From the NCBI RefSeq assembly GCF_006345805.1, contig NC_043001.1, positions 67,580,001-67,644,000 of the forward strand: a DNA stretch of 64,000 bases, in the 5' to 3' direction. This stretch comes from Octopus sinensis. Taxonomy: Eukaryota. The notes beneath the pieces are model-generated. The model had not been told where the DNA came from. It worked only from the letters and a program-made list of their open reading frames with translations, and did no database searches. The position numbers were made by a program, and so were the translations under genes. Below, piece by piece: positions 23,221-35,711 of this stretch. How positions within the stretch are numbered: position 1 is the stretch's first letter; every line of letters begins with the position of its first letter.

Positions 23221-23348
23221 TTCATGGAGGAGTGATACCCAATGACTGTGTAGCAGTACCATAGTCAACTGCTACAAGGGTAAAGGTGATGCTTTAGATA
23301 GAAATAACTACAGGGGTATCAGCCCCCTCTAATTCATTTTTGTCCTCC
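23221..23348 (+). other. Two-piece inverted copy of the neighbouring RTE fossil
   Basis: 23221-23320 is the exact reverse complement of 26125-26224; 23319-23348 is the exact reverse complement of 25715-25744; joined at a tca microhomology. Confidence 0.92.
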
Positions 23349-23668
23349 TATATATACATATATACATATTTACATATTTATGTATATTTTATATATGTAT
23401 GTCCATATGTACATATGTACCTATATACATATATACTCTATTCTACCTTATTTTATTATTATTCTATTTTTATTTCTTTATTTTGGGTTTATTTTATTTT
23501 TTATTTTTAAGAATTTTATTTTATCTTATTCTTTATTTTCATTCTGTTATATTCAAATTATTCCATTAACCTTCATGCACATACAAAATAAAAAATAAAA
23601 CAATTCCTTTTATTTAGTTTGCCGGAACGAACAGATACGTCAACATGTAACTTTTTAATGTCTAACAT

Positions 23669-23748
23669 TTCCCTGATGATATTTTGTTCATAACTTATAA
23701 ATGCAAATTTAGTGCATAAATTTGTATAAGTGGAAACAGTTGTAGGAA
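23669..23748 (+). ncRNA. Type I hammerhead ribozyme motif with long, irregular stem II
   Basis: UUCC CUGAUGA ... GAAA CA gu UG U A GGAA: canonical core, 4-bp stem I, GUA triplet; stem II closes with U-G rather than G-C. Confidence 0.55.
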
Positions 23749-24153
23749 GAAATGATTATCAATTTATTGATAAATAAATATTAACCATTAACTCTCCATT
23801 TTGTTCTCTTGATTTAATAACGATTGTATACTTAATATATACCTATTGATTTAGGGAAATTTTATTTCCCAAAGACATATGATATAAAACCAGTATTTTC
23901 TTGGATGTAATCATCCTTTTAAGAAGTTAATGTATCCTCTAACACTATACTTGTTCCATGGCCTCGCGTTGTTGTGTTTTCTCTTTGTGTTTTCATATTT
24001 GGATTAACTATATATATATATATATATATTCCTTTGTGATTATCTTTCTGAATGTGTCTTGCTCTCTGTATGTGTAAGACTAAGCTAATGAAGTTCATAT
24101 GATAATCATTTATTCCTTTGTCATCTCATTTTCTTATATACTATATATAGAAA

Positions 24154-24156
<3 letters not shown>

Positions 24157-24186
<30 letters not shown>

Positions 24187-26990
24187 GTTTAATGTCTGTT
24201 TTCCATGCTGTCATGGGTTGGACATTTTAGCTGAGATCTGGAGTGCTCGTGGCTGCACCAGGCACCAATCTGATTTGGCAATGTTTCTATAGCTAGATGC
24301 CCTTTCTAATGCTAACCACTCAGAGAGTGCAGTGGATGATTTCTACATTCCACCAGCACAGGAGCCAGTCAGGTGGGCCTGGAATTGATCACATTCTGAT
24401 AGTGCTTTTTATATGCCACCAGCACGGGAGCCAGTTAGGGGTTACTGGCATCGGCCATGTTTGGATGGTGCTTTTTACATGCCACCAGCATGGGAGCCAG
24501 TCAGAGGGTACTGGCATCGGCCTCATTTAGATCAAGCTTTTTACGTGCCACCAGCACAAGAGCCAGTCAGGCAGACCTGGCATTGACCATGCTAAGATGG
24601 TGTTTTATACATGTCACCAGCATAGGAGTAAGTCAGGGGACACTGGCCACAGCTTTGATATTGGTTTTACTTGACTCAACAGGTATTCTCAAGTATATCA
24701 TATCACTCGATGCATCAGTTAAGAGTAACTGGGCCAGACATGCATGTCTGCAATCTCACTTTAGTTGCTGGGTTTTCTCAATTACAGCATATCTCCAAAA
24801 GTCTCAGTCTCCTGTCATTGCCTCTGTAGGGCCCAATGTTTGAAAGTTATGCTTCACCACCTCATCCCATGTCTTCCTGGATCTACCTCTTCTATAGATT
24901 CCTTCCACAGTTAGGGAGTGGCACTTTATCACACAGCTGTCCTTATCCATATGTAACACATGATCGTACCAGCACAGCTGTCTCTCTTGCACACCACATT
25001 TGATGCTTCTTATGCTCAATTTTTCTTTCAGGGTGTTTACACTTTCTCATGAAAGCACATTGACATTACACATCCAGTGAATCATACTAGCTTCATTTAT
25101 TTCAAGCCTATGCATGTTTCACTGTTGTGCAGCATGGCAGTTTGCACACATGCATCATACAGTCTACCTTTCATCCTGAGCAAGAGGCTCTTAGCTGCTA
25201 GCAGAGGTAGGAGCTCCCTGAACTTTGCCCAGGCTGCTCTTATTCTAGCTGCTACACTCTCAGAACAACCACTCCCACTACAGACTCGGCTGCCTAGGTA
25301 GCGGAAGCTATTAACAACTTCTAGTTTTTCCCTCTGGCATGTGATGGAATCTGTTTTCTGTACATCTCCAGTGTTTATTGCCCCTGTGCATCTGCCACAC
25401 ACAAAATCTATCCTCCTGGTTAACCTTCCTTTCATACTGCTGCACCTTTTATGTGTCCATAGCTTACACCGGGTATATTGTAAGGTGTTTCTAGCCATAC
25501 CTTTTCTACAGATCAAGCAGGGTTGTCTACCTGAAGGGGTCTCTAATTTGACAGCCTTCCTACTTACTAAGACTTTGGTTTTTGCTAGGTTAATCTTAAG
25601 GCCCTTTGATTCTAGACCTTGCTTCCGTGCTCTAAACTTCATCTCTAGTTCTGATAGTGACTCAGCTATTAGAACAAGATCATCAGCATAGAGGAGCTCC
25701 CTCAGTTATTGCCTGGAGGACAAAAATGAATTAGAGGGGGCTGAGGACTGATCCTTGGTGAACCCCTACTTCTACTTAGAATTCTTCACTACACTCATTG
25801 CCAACCCTCACCTTACTGACAACATCCCTGTATAGGGCTTGTACAGCTCTTACCAACCACTTGTCTATCCTCAGTTTCTGCATTCACCACCAGATAAGGG
25901 ATCAGGGTCTCTGTCAAAGGCTTTCTCCAAGTCAATGAAAGCACCAAGTACAGAGGTTTATCTTTGGCTAGATATTTCTCCTGAAGTTGCCTTACCAGAA
26001 ATATAGCACCAGTAGTGTTTCTGCTTGGCACAAAACCAAACTGCATCTCATCTAGGCAAAGTCTCTCCCTAATTAGTTGGGCTATGACCCTCTCTGTAAC
26101 TTTCATCTCTTGATCCAATAATTTGATACCCCTGTAGTTATTTCTATCTAAAGCATCACCTTTACCCTTGTAGCAGTTGACTATGGTACTGCTACACAGT
26201 CATTGGGTATCACTCCTCCATGAACTGCCTGTTTTATGATGCGGGTGACAAAACCATAACCCACACCACCCAATATTTTAAGCATCTCAGCAGTGATTCT
26301 TGATGGGCCAAGTGCTTTCCCTGTCTTCATATCCTTAATCTACCAGGGTACTATCGATTTGGGTAGCTGGTCCCTCAATTGGCTTAACCTTTGGCAAACT
26401 CCTCTCCTCTTATTCATTCTCCACATTCAGCAGTCTTTCATAATGGCATCTCTTTGCAGAATCATTAAACGCAAGGGCACCATCATCCATGCAGACACAT
26501 TTCTTTCCAATGACATCACAGTTTTCTCTCACACACTGTCTTGTAATCCAAAATACTTCAGTTCTTTAATCCTCACATTGCTGAACATTGGCAAGCTTCT
26601 TCTTTTGTGCTTCTCCCTTACCTGTCTCTTAGCTTCTTTTTTAGCTATCTGATACAATCTCCTGCTACCCCGAATCTTCCAGGCATTCCAAACCTGTTTC
26701 TTTGCTCTAGTGGCCCTGTCTACAGCATTGTTCCACCACCATGTTACTCTAGGTCTGGAAGAGACTTTGCACCAGCTGCAGATCTGGTATGTGGCACTCA
26801 GGAAGCTGTCTCACAGGAATTCCCAGCTACCTTCTATGTCACAGGACTGTAGCTCCCCCTCCCTAACATTAAATTTCTCAGTAAGGATATCCCTAAATCT
26901 CTGACCATGTAAAGGATTTAAGCTTCCAAGTCCTTCTTTTCCAGATTGGTCTGCTTTTTAGCATCCTTCTGGCCTTGAGTCAAAAGTTAC
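24157..26990 (-). mobile_element. Decayed 5'-truncated RTE element (family 2, PHD-containing)
   Basis: (cat)n tail and 3' UTR at 24157-24790; frameshifted RT relics (NNYRGIKLLDQ, QFGFVP, VRQLQEKY, ELLYADD, FRYLGS); colinear with 36408-37460. Confidence 0.9.
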
Positions 26991-27681
26991 TAATAAAAAG
27001 TCTATGCTGGGGGTGGAGTATAGTATCTAACCTAACTACCAGTACTATACTATACTATGTTTGTAACCCTACTAATACTACTAGATTTTAATAATTCAAG
27101 CCTTTTCTGGTCAAATATTTGATATACTTTCTTGTAAGATACTCCACCAACGTTATTATTGTAATAACATTTATTTTCTTTGTCATGAGGTTCAAATTTC
27201 ACTGTGGTTGGTTGTTTCATGGATCTTGTTGTCAATAAACTATGTGTTAAGAATGCTATAGATTCATTTAAACAATTAGTTATTTTTACTACAAGCATTG
27301 ATCTCTGAGTTTGGCAAATGAAATGAATATTGCTAATAATATATAAATGTAGAATATGCAAACAAAGTGAAAAAAGTATATAGCCAGTAGAATATGTTAA
27401 TTTATGAAAAAGAATTTCTTATTGTTGTTTACACCCAAGTCAGCTCTGATCCAGAAAAAATCTTCTATTATGATCCTCCCCATATCTACAATGTGTTATT
27501 GGTATAATCTACTCCAGTATTTGACTAATTCTTTGTTTTAATTGACCTCAGAAGAATAGAAAGCAAAGCTGCCCTCAGTGAGATTTGAGCTCAGAATGTA
27601 AAGGATTGTAAGTAGAAACTACAGCCACTCTGCCTGATGCTTTCATGATTTTGTCAATTCCATACCTGTGACCATTCCATT

Positions 27682-27732
<51 letters not shown>

Positions 27733-27739
27733 TTTTAGC

Positions 27740-28207
27740 TGCATCATCATCATCATTTAATGTCTGCTTTCCATGCTGACATGGGTTAGATGGTCTGCTT
27801 GGTAAGCCAGAGAGCTGCACAAGGTTCCAGTCTGATTTGGTATGGTTTCTATGGCTGGATTCCCTTCCTAATGCCAATCACTCCCAGAGTGTAATGGGTG
27901 GTTCTAATGTGCCACTGGCATGGGTGCCAGCTATGTGACGTCAGCATTGGCCACAACTAGGAATTCAGTTAGCTTGATATTTTTTATCTTTTACTTGTTT
28001 CAGTCATTAGACTGTGGCCATGCTGGGGCATTTCCCTGAAGAATTTTTAGTTAAATGAATCAATCCCAGTACTTCCTTTTTTTAAAGCATACTACTTATT
28101 CTATGGGTCACTCTCGCTGAACTGTTAAGTTATGGGGGCATAAACACAGCAACATTGGTTGTCAAGCAGTGGTAGGGGACAAACACATACATAAAGACAC
28201 ATATGTA

Positions 28208-28244
<37 letters not shown>

Positions 28245-28410
28245 ACACACACAAATGCACATATGATGAGCTTCTTTCAGCTTCCTTCTACCAAATCCAC
28301 TCACAAGGTTTTGGTCAACTCAAGGCTATAGTAGAAGACTGTTGCCCAAGGTACCACACAGTAAAACTGAACTTGGAACTATGTGGTTGGGAAGGAAACT
28401 TCTCACCACA
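27740..28410 (-). mobile_element. RTE 3'-tail fragment (27740-27960) followed by SINE family A (27980-28410)
   Basis: Homology to 35712-35900 and to 56282-56689; preceded by an (attt)n tract. Confidence 0.7.
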
Positions 28411-28591
28411 CAACTTTTTAAAGATGTGAAGGAGATTGTCTACTATTTTCAGCAGGTCACTCCACTACATAAGGATATCCTTGATTGTCAAGAAGGAATA
28501 TACTGAAGTTTTATCATTGTTCGTTACTCTTCCAACACCACTATTTTGATGTATGTTTGTCTGTGTCTGTTAGAATATTATTTTATTGCAG

Positions 28592-28878
28592 ACACACCAG
28601 AGTGATTAAATGTTCAAGTTGAGGATAATACATTTTTTGAACCTTCTGTCAACAAAGATCTATGATACTGACTACTTCAGAAAGAGATTCAAATTTCCTG
28701 TTGGTGAATGTTGTAGGGAGAAAACTGGGCTTGTTGTGGAATGATAATTATGGAAATAATAGGATGGGTTGAGTTGTGGTTGTGTTAAGTACAAGTTGGT
28801 TGTACAAACATAAACTGAGGATAAGCAAAACTAAAGTCAAACTGGAAAGACACAGTGGAACTTGAATTACAGCTGACA
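28592..28878 (+). other. Putative 5' UTR portion of the first coding exon of the host gene
   Basis: Acceptor ttattttattgcag ending at 28591; in-frame TAA at 28822 upstream of the ATG; six upstream ATGs; 5' boundary uncertain. Confidence 0.4.
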
Positions 28879-28933
28879 ATGCTTAACAGAATTATTACAT
28901 GTTTTGTTTTAACTTTAGTTGCTACTGGTGCAG
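28879..28933 (+). CDS. Host gene coding exon: signal peptide MLNRIITCFVLTLVATGA
   Basis: ATG with A at -3; basic n-region, hydrophobic core and small residues at the cleavage end; consensus donor CAG/GTAAGT in phase 1, compatible with the exon at 55319. Confidence 0.7.
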
Positions 28934-28954
28934 GTAAGTAAAAGAAATAACCTT

Positions 28955-29149
28955 ATCCATAGATACATACATATGTACATACATGCATACATATATATGC
29001 ATATATATATATATATATATATTTATATACACACACACGTGTATATATATGTATACATACATACATACATAGATACAAACATACATACATACATACATAC
29101 ATGCATGCATACATACATACATACATACATACATACATACATACATACA

Positions 29150-29185
<36 letters not shown>

Positions 29186-29325
29186 TATATATTTATGTAT
29201 ATATATACATGCATAATATATATATATATAAATATATACATACTTATGCAGACACACACATACACACACATACATATGTACATATGCATATATATGTATG
29301 CATGTATATGTACATACATACATAG
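28955..29325. repeat. Compound (TACA)n/(TA)n tract immediately after the donor site
   Basis: Direct reading. Confidence 0.9.
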
Positions 29326-29939
29326 ATAGAGGTGTTGCAATGATATTCATCCATTCTTATTTTATAGTTAAAATCTCATTGGGCTAGCTGTGTGTTACAT
29401 GTTATTATATTGATAAAATATGTAGAAGGATAGACATACCGATTTAAACAATTATATGCATTCTTTAAAAGCATTGATCTTTTAGTTTGACAAATGAAAT
29501 GATTATGGTTATCAACTACATATCTATAATTACTTATAATTGTTTAATTAATGGTTAGATAGCAGAAATAGATGGTCTAAAGAATCTGCATACTTTCTCT
29601 GGGAATATCCTGTTGTTCTCCAAAGATATGCAAGTCCACTGCGTTGTGGGAAATAAATACTTAGATCACAGAGAGATGCTCTTAATTATTCTTGGGTCTT
29701 TTAAGTGTTATTAGTTTGTTGTTGGTATTTAGCTCCCAGTTTATGATTAGAGAAATTTTAGCCAAAAACTGTTTTGTAATTGTTTGAATCTAAGATTACA
29801 TTGTCTCTTTAAGATAGAAGAGTGTATGCGTATCTGTACTGTTGTCGCCCAATATGCAAGAAACAGCAGCTACATTCCCCATCATTACAAGAATTTCATT
29901 GTTAAAATCTACAGTAATATTGGTTTTAAATTTTGGCAC

Positions 29940-31080
29940 AAGGTCAGCAAGTTTGGAGCAAGAGTTAAGTTGATTACAGTGACTCCAGTGCTCAACCTGT
30001 ACTTATATTATTGAACTCAAAAGGACAAAGGCAAAGTCAACCTCAACAAAATGTAAAGATGGACAAAATGCCACTAAACATTTTGCCCAGTGTGCTTATG
30101 ACTTTGTCAGCTTGCCACACAAAAATCCAATGTAATAATGAAAAGGAAATTTACTTAAATAAAACCTGAAAAATAAAGATAGACTCATCAAGGGTGAAAT
30201 ACCTTTGATAATAGGGTTACTGGATCAGAGCTGTCCTAGGGCTAAGCAGCAACAACAACAACTAACAAGGGACTAATTTCAGCCAACAAGGAATTTGAGA
30301 CAGATATTTAGAAAGGCACATTTTCACACATCCACACATGCATAAATAAAGCAGTCCTGTTATTTTCTGTTTAAAATTTTGTATTTTTCTATTACTATTG
30401 CTAAACTGCAGATATTAGTTTGTTCTAGCTTTAAGTAAATCAATAATAATTCTTTCTAAATTTAAGCAAAAGACCAATATTTTTTGAGGGATGGGATTGA
30501 GTTGATGACATTGACTCCAATACTTAACTGGCACCTCATTTTATCATTCCAGAGGGATGAAAGGTAAAGTCGACCTCAGAATTTGAATTCAAAGTATGAA
30601 AAGCTTGAAAAAATATCACAAAGCATTTTTTCTAATGCACTAACGATTTAATTAGCTTGCCACTTTCTACTATAGGCACAAGGCCTGAAATTTTGGGGGA
30701 ATGGGCTAGTTGATAATATTGTGCTCAACTTGGTGCTCAACTGGTACTTATTTTATTGACCGTGGAAAGACGAAAGGTAAAGCTGAATTCAACAGAATTT
30801 GAACTCATGATGTAAAATCAAAAGAAATGTCACTAAGCATTATGCCTGGCATGCTAATGATTCTGCAAGCTCACCACCTTTGCCATGTTAATAATAATAA
30901 TTACCCCTACTATAGACACAAGGCCTGAAATTTGTAGGGAGTAGGGCAGTTGAATAACAATGCTCAATTGTTACTTATTTTATCAACTCTAAAAGAATGA
31001 AAGGCACTGATGACCTTAGTGGAATTGGTACTTGAAATACAAAGATTGATGAAACATTTGATTTAATGTGCTTGCTGCCT
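29940..31080 (-). mobile_element. Cluster of about four degenerate SINE family B copies
   Basis: Repeated aaaggtaaagtcgacctc...gaatttgaactc and cacaaggcctgaaattt motifs, inverse to 55751-55980. Confidence 0.65.
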
Positions 31081-31199
31081 TAATAAAAAGCAATAATAAT
31101 AAAGAAATACAGCACTCCTTTCACTCTCTTTCTCATTCCCTTTCTCTGTAGTTGTGTCTGTATATACACAGCGGTGTTTGCATGTATTTCATAGTTTTG

Positions 31200-31400
31200 T
31201 TATATTTATTGTTATGATAGTTATGATATTATAGGTGCATCTTAATAGTTATATCATAGCAAAGTCATATTTATTGTCAAGATAGTTATATCATAGCTGA
31301 TATGTCACAGCTATGTCATAAGTTATGTCACATTAGTTATGTTCCAATAGTTATGTGTCATACTGGTTGTTTTGGTAGTTATGAGGGATTGCTGAAAACT
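31200..31400. repeat. Degenerate short-period tandem repeat (agttatgtcat-like)
   Basis: Direct reading; echoed at about 31605-31650. Confidence 0.6.
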
Positions 31401-32009
31401 TTTGGCTTTGGGTAAAAGAATATACAGGAGAATCAGTTAATTATGACTTTATTCAACATATTTTTCTCTCAGATTCATACACTTATTGCAGCAGTACTTC
31501 AGTTTTTCTAAGCCCTATAAAAGAATTCAGAAAGTTGGGCCCACAACCAGGCCTTTTGTGATATCCTGAAAGCCAGGAAGTTTTCAGCATCCCCTCGTAA
31601 ACCATAATAGTTATCCTGACACACCCCAGCTATGTCGTTAGTTATGTCATATTATTTAAATCTTTAAACTTTGTGCTCTTCCTCCCACAAGTCACAGAGA
31701 CCCTGGAAAGTATTATGGACACTCCTCCTGCTAAGCCATTTAAAAAATATTCTACTAAACAATATTATTGATATTCATATTTTGTTATTTAACATTTACA
31801 ATAATCTTTTTTAATTTTAACAATCAAAAGCTAATATCACTGGAATATATCAATATCTGATTGACTCAAATCAAACACAATCAATTAATGTATTTCAATA
31901 AATCAAACACTTTAGAAACACATTTTATTAAAATACATTTTAGAATATTAATGTTTAAAGTTAATAGAATAAATTATAATAATATTGATTCTTGTTTTTA
32001 TATTGCTAC

Positions 32010-32275
32010 AAGGTCAGACAGTCTGGCTGAGTGGTTAAATGGTTTGCTTTGCAGTCATGAGCTCCTGGGTTCTATCTCACTGATTGACATCTTATAAAAT
32101 TTCTTGGGTTAACCCAAGGCTTGTGAGGGAAACTGGGCAGATGGAGACTGTGAGGAGGCCCTTCAAATAAACTGTACCTGTAATTCAAAGGTCCAGTCTT
32201 GTTATGTACTGTGTCACATTGATTTTGCTTGAGAATTATATTATGGACACATGTGTCAGTGGAATACTCAACCAC
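32010..32275 (+). mobile_element. tRNA-derived SINE with family-C-like tail
   Basis: Head tggctgagtggttaa...gggttcta; tail tactgtgtcaca...gtcagtggaatactcaaccactt matches 17020-17090. Confidence 0.55.
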
Positions 32276-32399
32276 TTTTATACTGATGCAAGGAATATGT
32301 AGAGCAGTTGATTAAACATCTGAATACTTATAGTTGAAACCAACAGATTCATCTACTTTTCTTTCACTGTGTGTGTTGACTCTTGAAATATAGTTCAGT

Positions 32400-32720
32400 G
32401 CATACCAGCATGATGTGTTGGCCCTGGTATAATACTTGTTGACCCTTGTGCTATATATGTGTTTGCCCTGATACTGTTAATACAGGTTGACCCTGATACT
32501 TTGTGTGTTTGTTGATCCTGGTGCTATTTGTGTGTCAACCCTGATGCTGTGTTGACCCCGGAATTGTGTGTGGTTTGACCCTGGTATTATATGTGGGGTG
32601 ACCATAATATATGTGTAGACTCTAGTTCTGTGCATTGACCTTACTACTATGTATTGACTTATGTACTTCCAATGTTGGCCTAGCATTCAGTTATGCTGAT
32701 CCAAGTAGTGTATGTTGAGT
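32400..32720. repeat. Degenerate minisatellite (gttgaccctg core)
   Basis: Core recurs about every 20-30 nt. Confidence 0.6.
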
Positions 32721-32978
32721 TGACAGTTGTATCATATTGAAATTAGTTTATTGATCCTGAAGTGGTAAAAGTTGGTACAACTGAGGTGAGGATCTGTTTC
32801 AGTGTGTAGAAAGATGGACTAAGATACTATAAGATATTTAGTCATACATTCTACCATATCCAACAATCAACCAGCTTTATGTTTTCAAAGTTAGAGAAGT
32901 AGTGGGAGAGGCAGTGCCTTCTCTGACTGTTCAGATTGATATGGATATTGTTCAGCTAGGACTGCACTAAGTCTACAG

Positions 32979-33155
32979 CAGTGGTTCTCAACCTGAACAC
33001 AAAATATTTTTAATTTTTTATACAATTTCTAATAATTTTTAATAATAAAAATACAGTAAGACTTATTCATATACACAGCAAATAGCTATGGAGGTCCAGA
33101 AGAGTAAAATAGGAATCAAAGGAATCCATAGGCAAAAAATAGTTGAGAGACACTG
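32979..33155. mobile_element. hAT (Charlie/MER5-like) MITE
   Basis: TIRs cagtggttctcaac / gttgagagacactg; 8-bp TSD gtctacag (32971) / gtcaacag (33156), 7 of 8 identical. Confidence 0.8.
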
Positions 33156-33299
33156 GTCAACAGTGTAGCTGACCTGAATGACTGATTACAATACAGTAAA
33201 TTCCATTAAAAAAAGTACTTGTGGACTGGGTGCTGGCTTAAATCAACAGTCCTTTTTTTATGGGTGTTGTTGTTAGGCACCAGGTCAGCTCTGATCCAA

Positions 33300-33615
33300 C
33301 AACTGTAGCCATGCTGAGGCAGCACCTTGAGGAATTTTAGTCAAACTAATCGATTACAGTACTTGTTTTCTTTTTTTTTAAAGCCTAGTACTTATTCTAT
33401 TGATCTCTTTTGCCAAACTGCTAAGTTACGGGGATGTAAACACACCAACACCAGTTGTCAAGCAGGCTTCTTTCAGTTTCCATCTGCCAAATCTACTTAC
33501 AAGTCTTTGGTTGGCCCAAAGGTATAGGAGAGAATACTTTCCCAAGGTGCCATGGAGTGAGACTGAGCCTGGAACCATGTGGATGGGAAGCAAACTCCTT
33601 ACCACTCAGCCACTC
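33300..33615 (-). mobile_element. SINE family A with internal deletion
   Basis: Reverse-complement homology to 56282-56689. Confidence 0.7.
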
Positions 33616-33858
33616 ATTAAATTTTTCACAAGTTTTCTTTATTTTTCCCGCTTATTTCCAATTTTATTATTCTTCTTAAAAGTCTGATTTTAAATCATTT
33701 CTGTCCATCTGTCACTTGTTTCTCACATTCCTGCAAGCTTACCTACCCATTCACTTTTCTGTAACTTGACACATCTTCACCTCTATTCTCGTTTCCAGAT
33801 GGAGTAAACATATATCTCAACTACAGCCAGACCCCTGTTCCTGTCCCTCTCTCATACT

Positions 33859-34085
33859 TTAACCCTTTAGCATTCACATTATTCTGTCAAATATAATGCT
33901 TATTCATCCTCATTGTTCTGAATTAATCAGCATTGTCTTGTAGTTTTGAGATTTTGATGAGGTAACTGTTCATTTCTAGAATGATATTGTAAGGTTGGTG
34001 TGAGAGGCTAGATCTAGTTAGTTTGGACATAAAGCAGGTAGAATATTTTGGCCGGATATGGCTGGTTTAAATGCTAAATGATTAA
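33859..34085 (+). mobile_element. TTAA-flanked MITE
   Basis: ttaa-ccctttagcatt ... aatgctaaatga-ttaa. Confidence 0.65.
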
Positions 34086-34671
34086 CATCTCAACACTGAA
34101 CATAAAGCTATCTTCCTCAATACTTTTTCCTAATCTTAGTTGAGAGGGTCTTGTCTTGTAAATTATTTGGTGTCCTTACTTATGCCAGTGCCATGTGAAA
34201 AATGCCCAGTGCACTCTGTGAAGTGCTTGATGTTAGGAAGGACATCGAACTATAGAAACCATGCCAAAGTAGGCTTTGGTACATGGTGCAGTCCTCTGCT
34301 TCACCAGATCCTGTCAAACCATTCAACCCAACCCAGCACGAAAAACTGACATTAAATGACGATAATAATAAGAAACATCATGAAGACACTTTAAAACTGA
34401 TGTACAGCAATCATCAGATGAATGTTATATATTTCCATTAATTAGGTATAATTTATCTGAAATTTTTAGTTGGTTGAAACAAGTAGTCTATTTTGTTTAA
34501 TTAAGGAAAATGTTTGGCACCCTATGGTACCAGGCAAGAAAGACATCCTAATGACATTTTCACATTCAACCCTTTTGAAAAATTTAACCCTAAGGTCACT
34601 GCACAGTATCAATGACTTCTATTGTGAGTTCAGTTAGTCTCCACTAATATTTCTGTAATTTTTGTATCTCA

Positions 34672-34673
<2 letters not shown>

Positions 34674-34736
<63 letters not shown>

Positions 34737-34746
34737 TGTTATTGTT

Positions 34747-34800
<54 letters not shown>

Positions 34801-34815
34801 ATTATTATTATTAAG
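34674..34815. repeat. Compound (ATT)n/(ATC)/(GTT)n microsatellite
   Basis: Direct reading. Confidence 0.95.
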
Positions 34816-35711
34816 GTTATACTGATTACTAAAGAGTGCTTCATTCTAGACTTCATTTTCATGTAATAATTGATTTTAGAGTCACGCCAATATGGAATAT
34901 TGTAGAATTGGTCTAGCTTTAAATTTGATTAGCTTTCAACTAATTGTTCTGTTAATAAAGCTCCAGAAGATAAGCTTGCCAAAATATTCTTCTGCACTTG
35001 TGGTACCCTCTTTGTTCGATTATTGGTTCCAACAACCAACTAGAATCACCATCTACAATATTTTTTGTTTAAATGATTAGATCTATGTCTCTACCATCAA
35101 CATTTTGATATTGAATATTTGTCAAGTGTTCTGCAGTAGAGTTGGTTCAGATGGTAAAGAGCTGTACTAGCTCCCTTACCATTCTTATTTTCAAGTAATA
35201 CAGGCACTATTTTTCATTTTGTTCTTTTACAGGTGGTTGTAAATAAAATGTATTTCACCACACTGTAACAACAAAGATCTCTACCTCTCATTCAGTTTCA
35301 TGTGGGGTTTCTCAGCCAATAGCATCAATGCAGATGAGGGCTCTTCATCCTTTGTTAGGCTGAAGGCTCCAAAATATAACAACCAATATGGGTTGGTGTT
35401 CACCAAAATAGCTATGGCCAGCAAGTCTTACCCAGTGTTTTTGTTTTAGTTTTTACTTATTTAAGTCATTAAACTATGGCCATGTAGGGCATCACTTTGA
35501 AGAATTATAATCAAATGAATCAACCCCAGTTGTTATGTTTTTAAGCCTGGTACTATTCAATTGGACTCTTTTGCTAAATTGCTACATTAGACGGTCATAA
35601 ATATGCCAACACAGGCTGTTAAGTGGTGGGGGGGGATTAACACAGACATAAAGGTACACATACACACACACACATACATTTATATTTGTATTTATATATA
35701 TATGTATGTAT

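Noticed and set aside
35233-35250. Strong acceptor followed by GGCK-stop and AATAAA as an alternative last exon
   Set aside because: Product would be little more than a signal peptide; no other support
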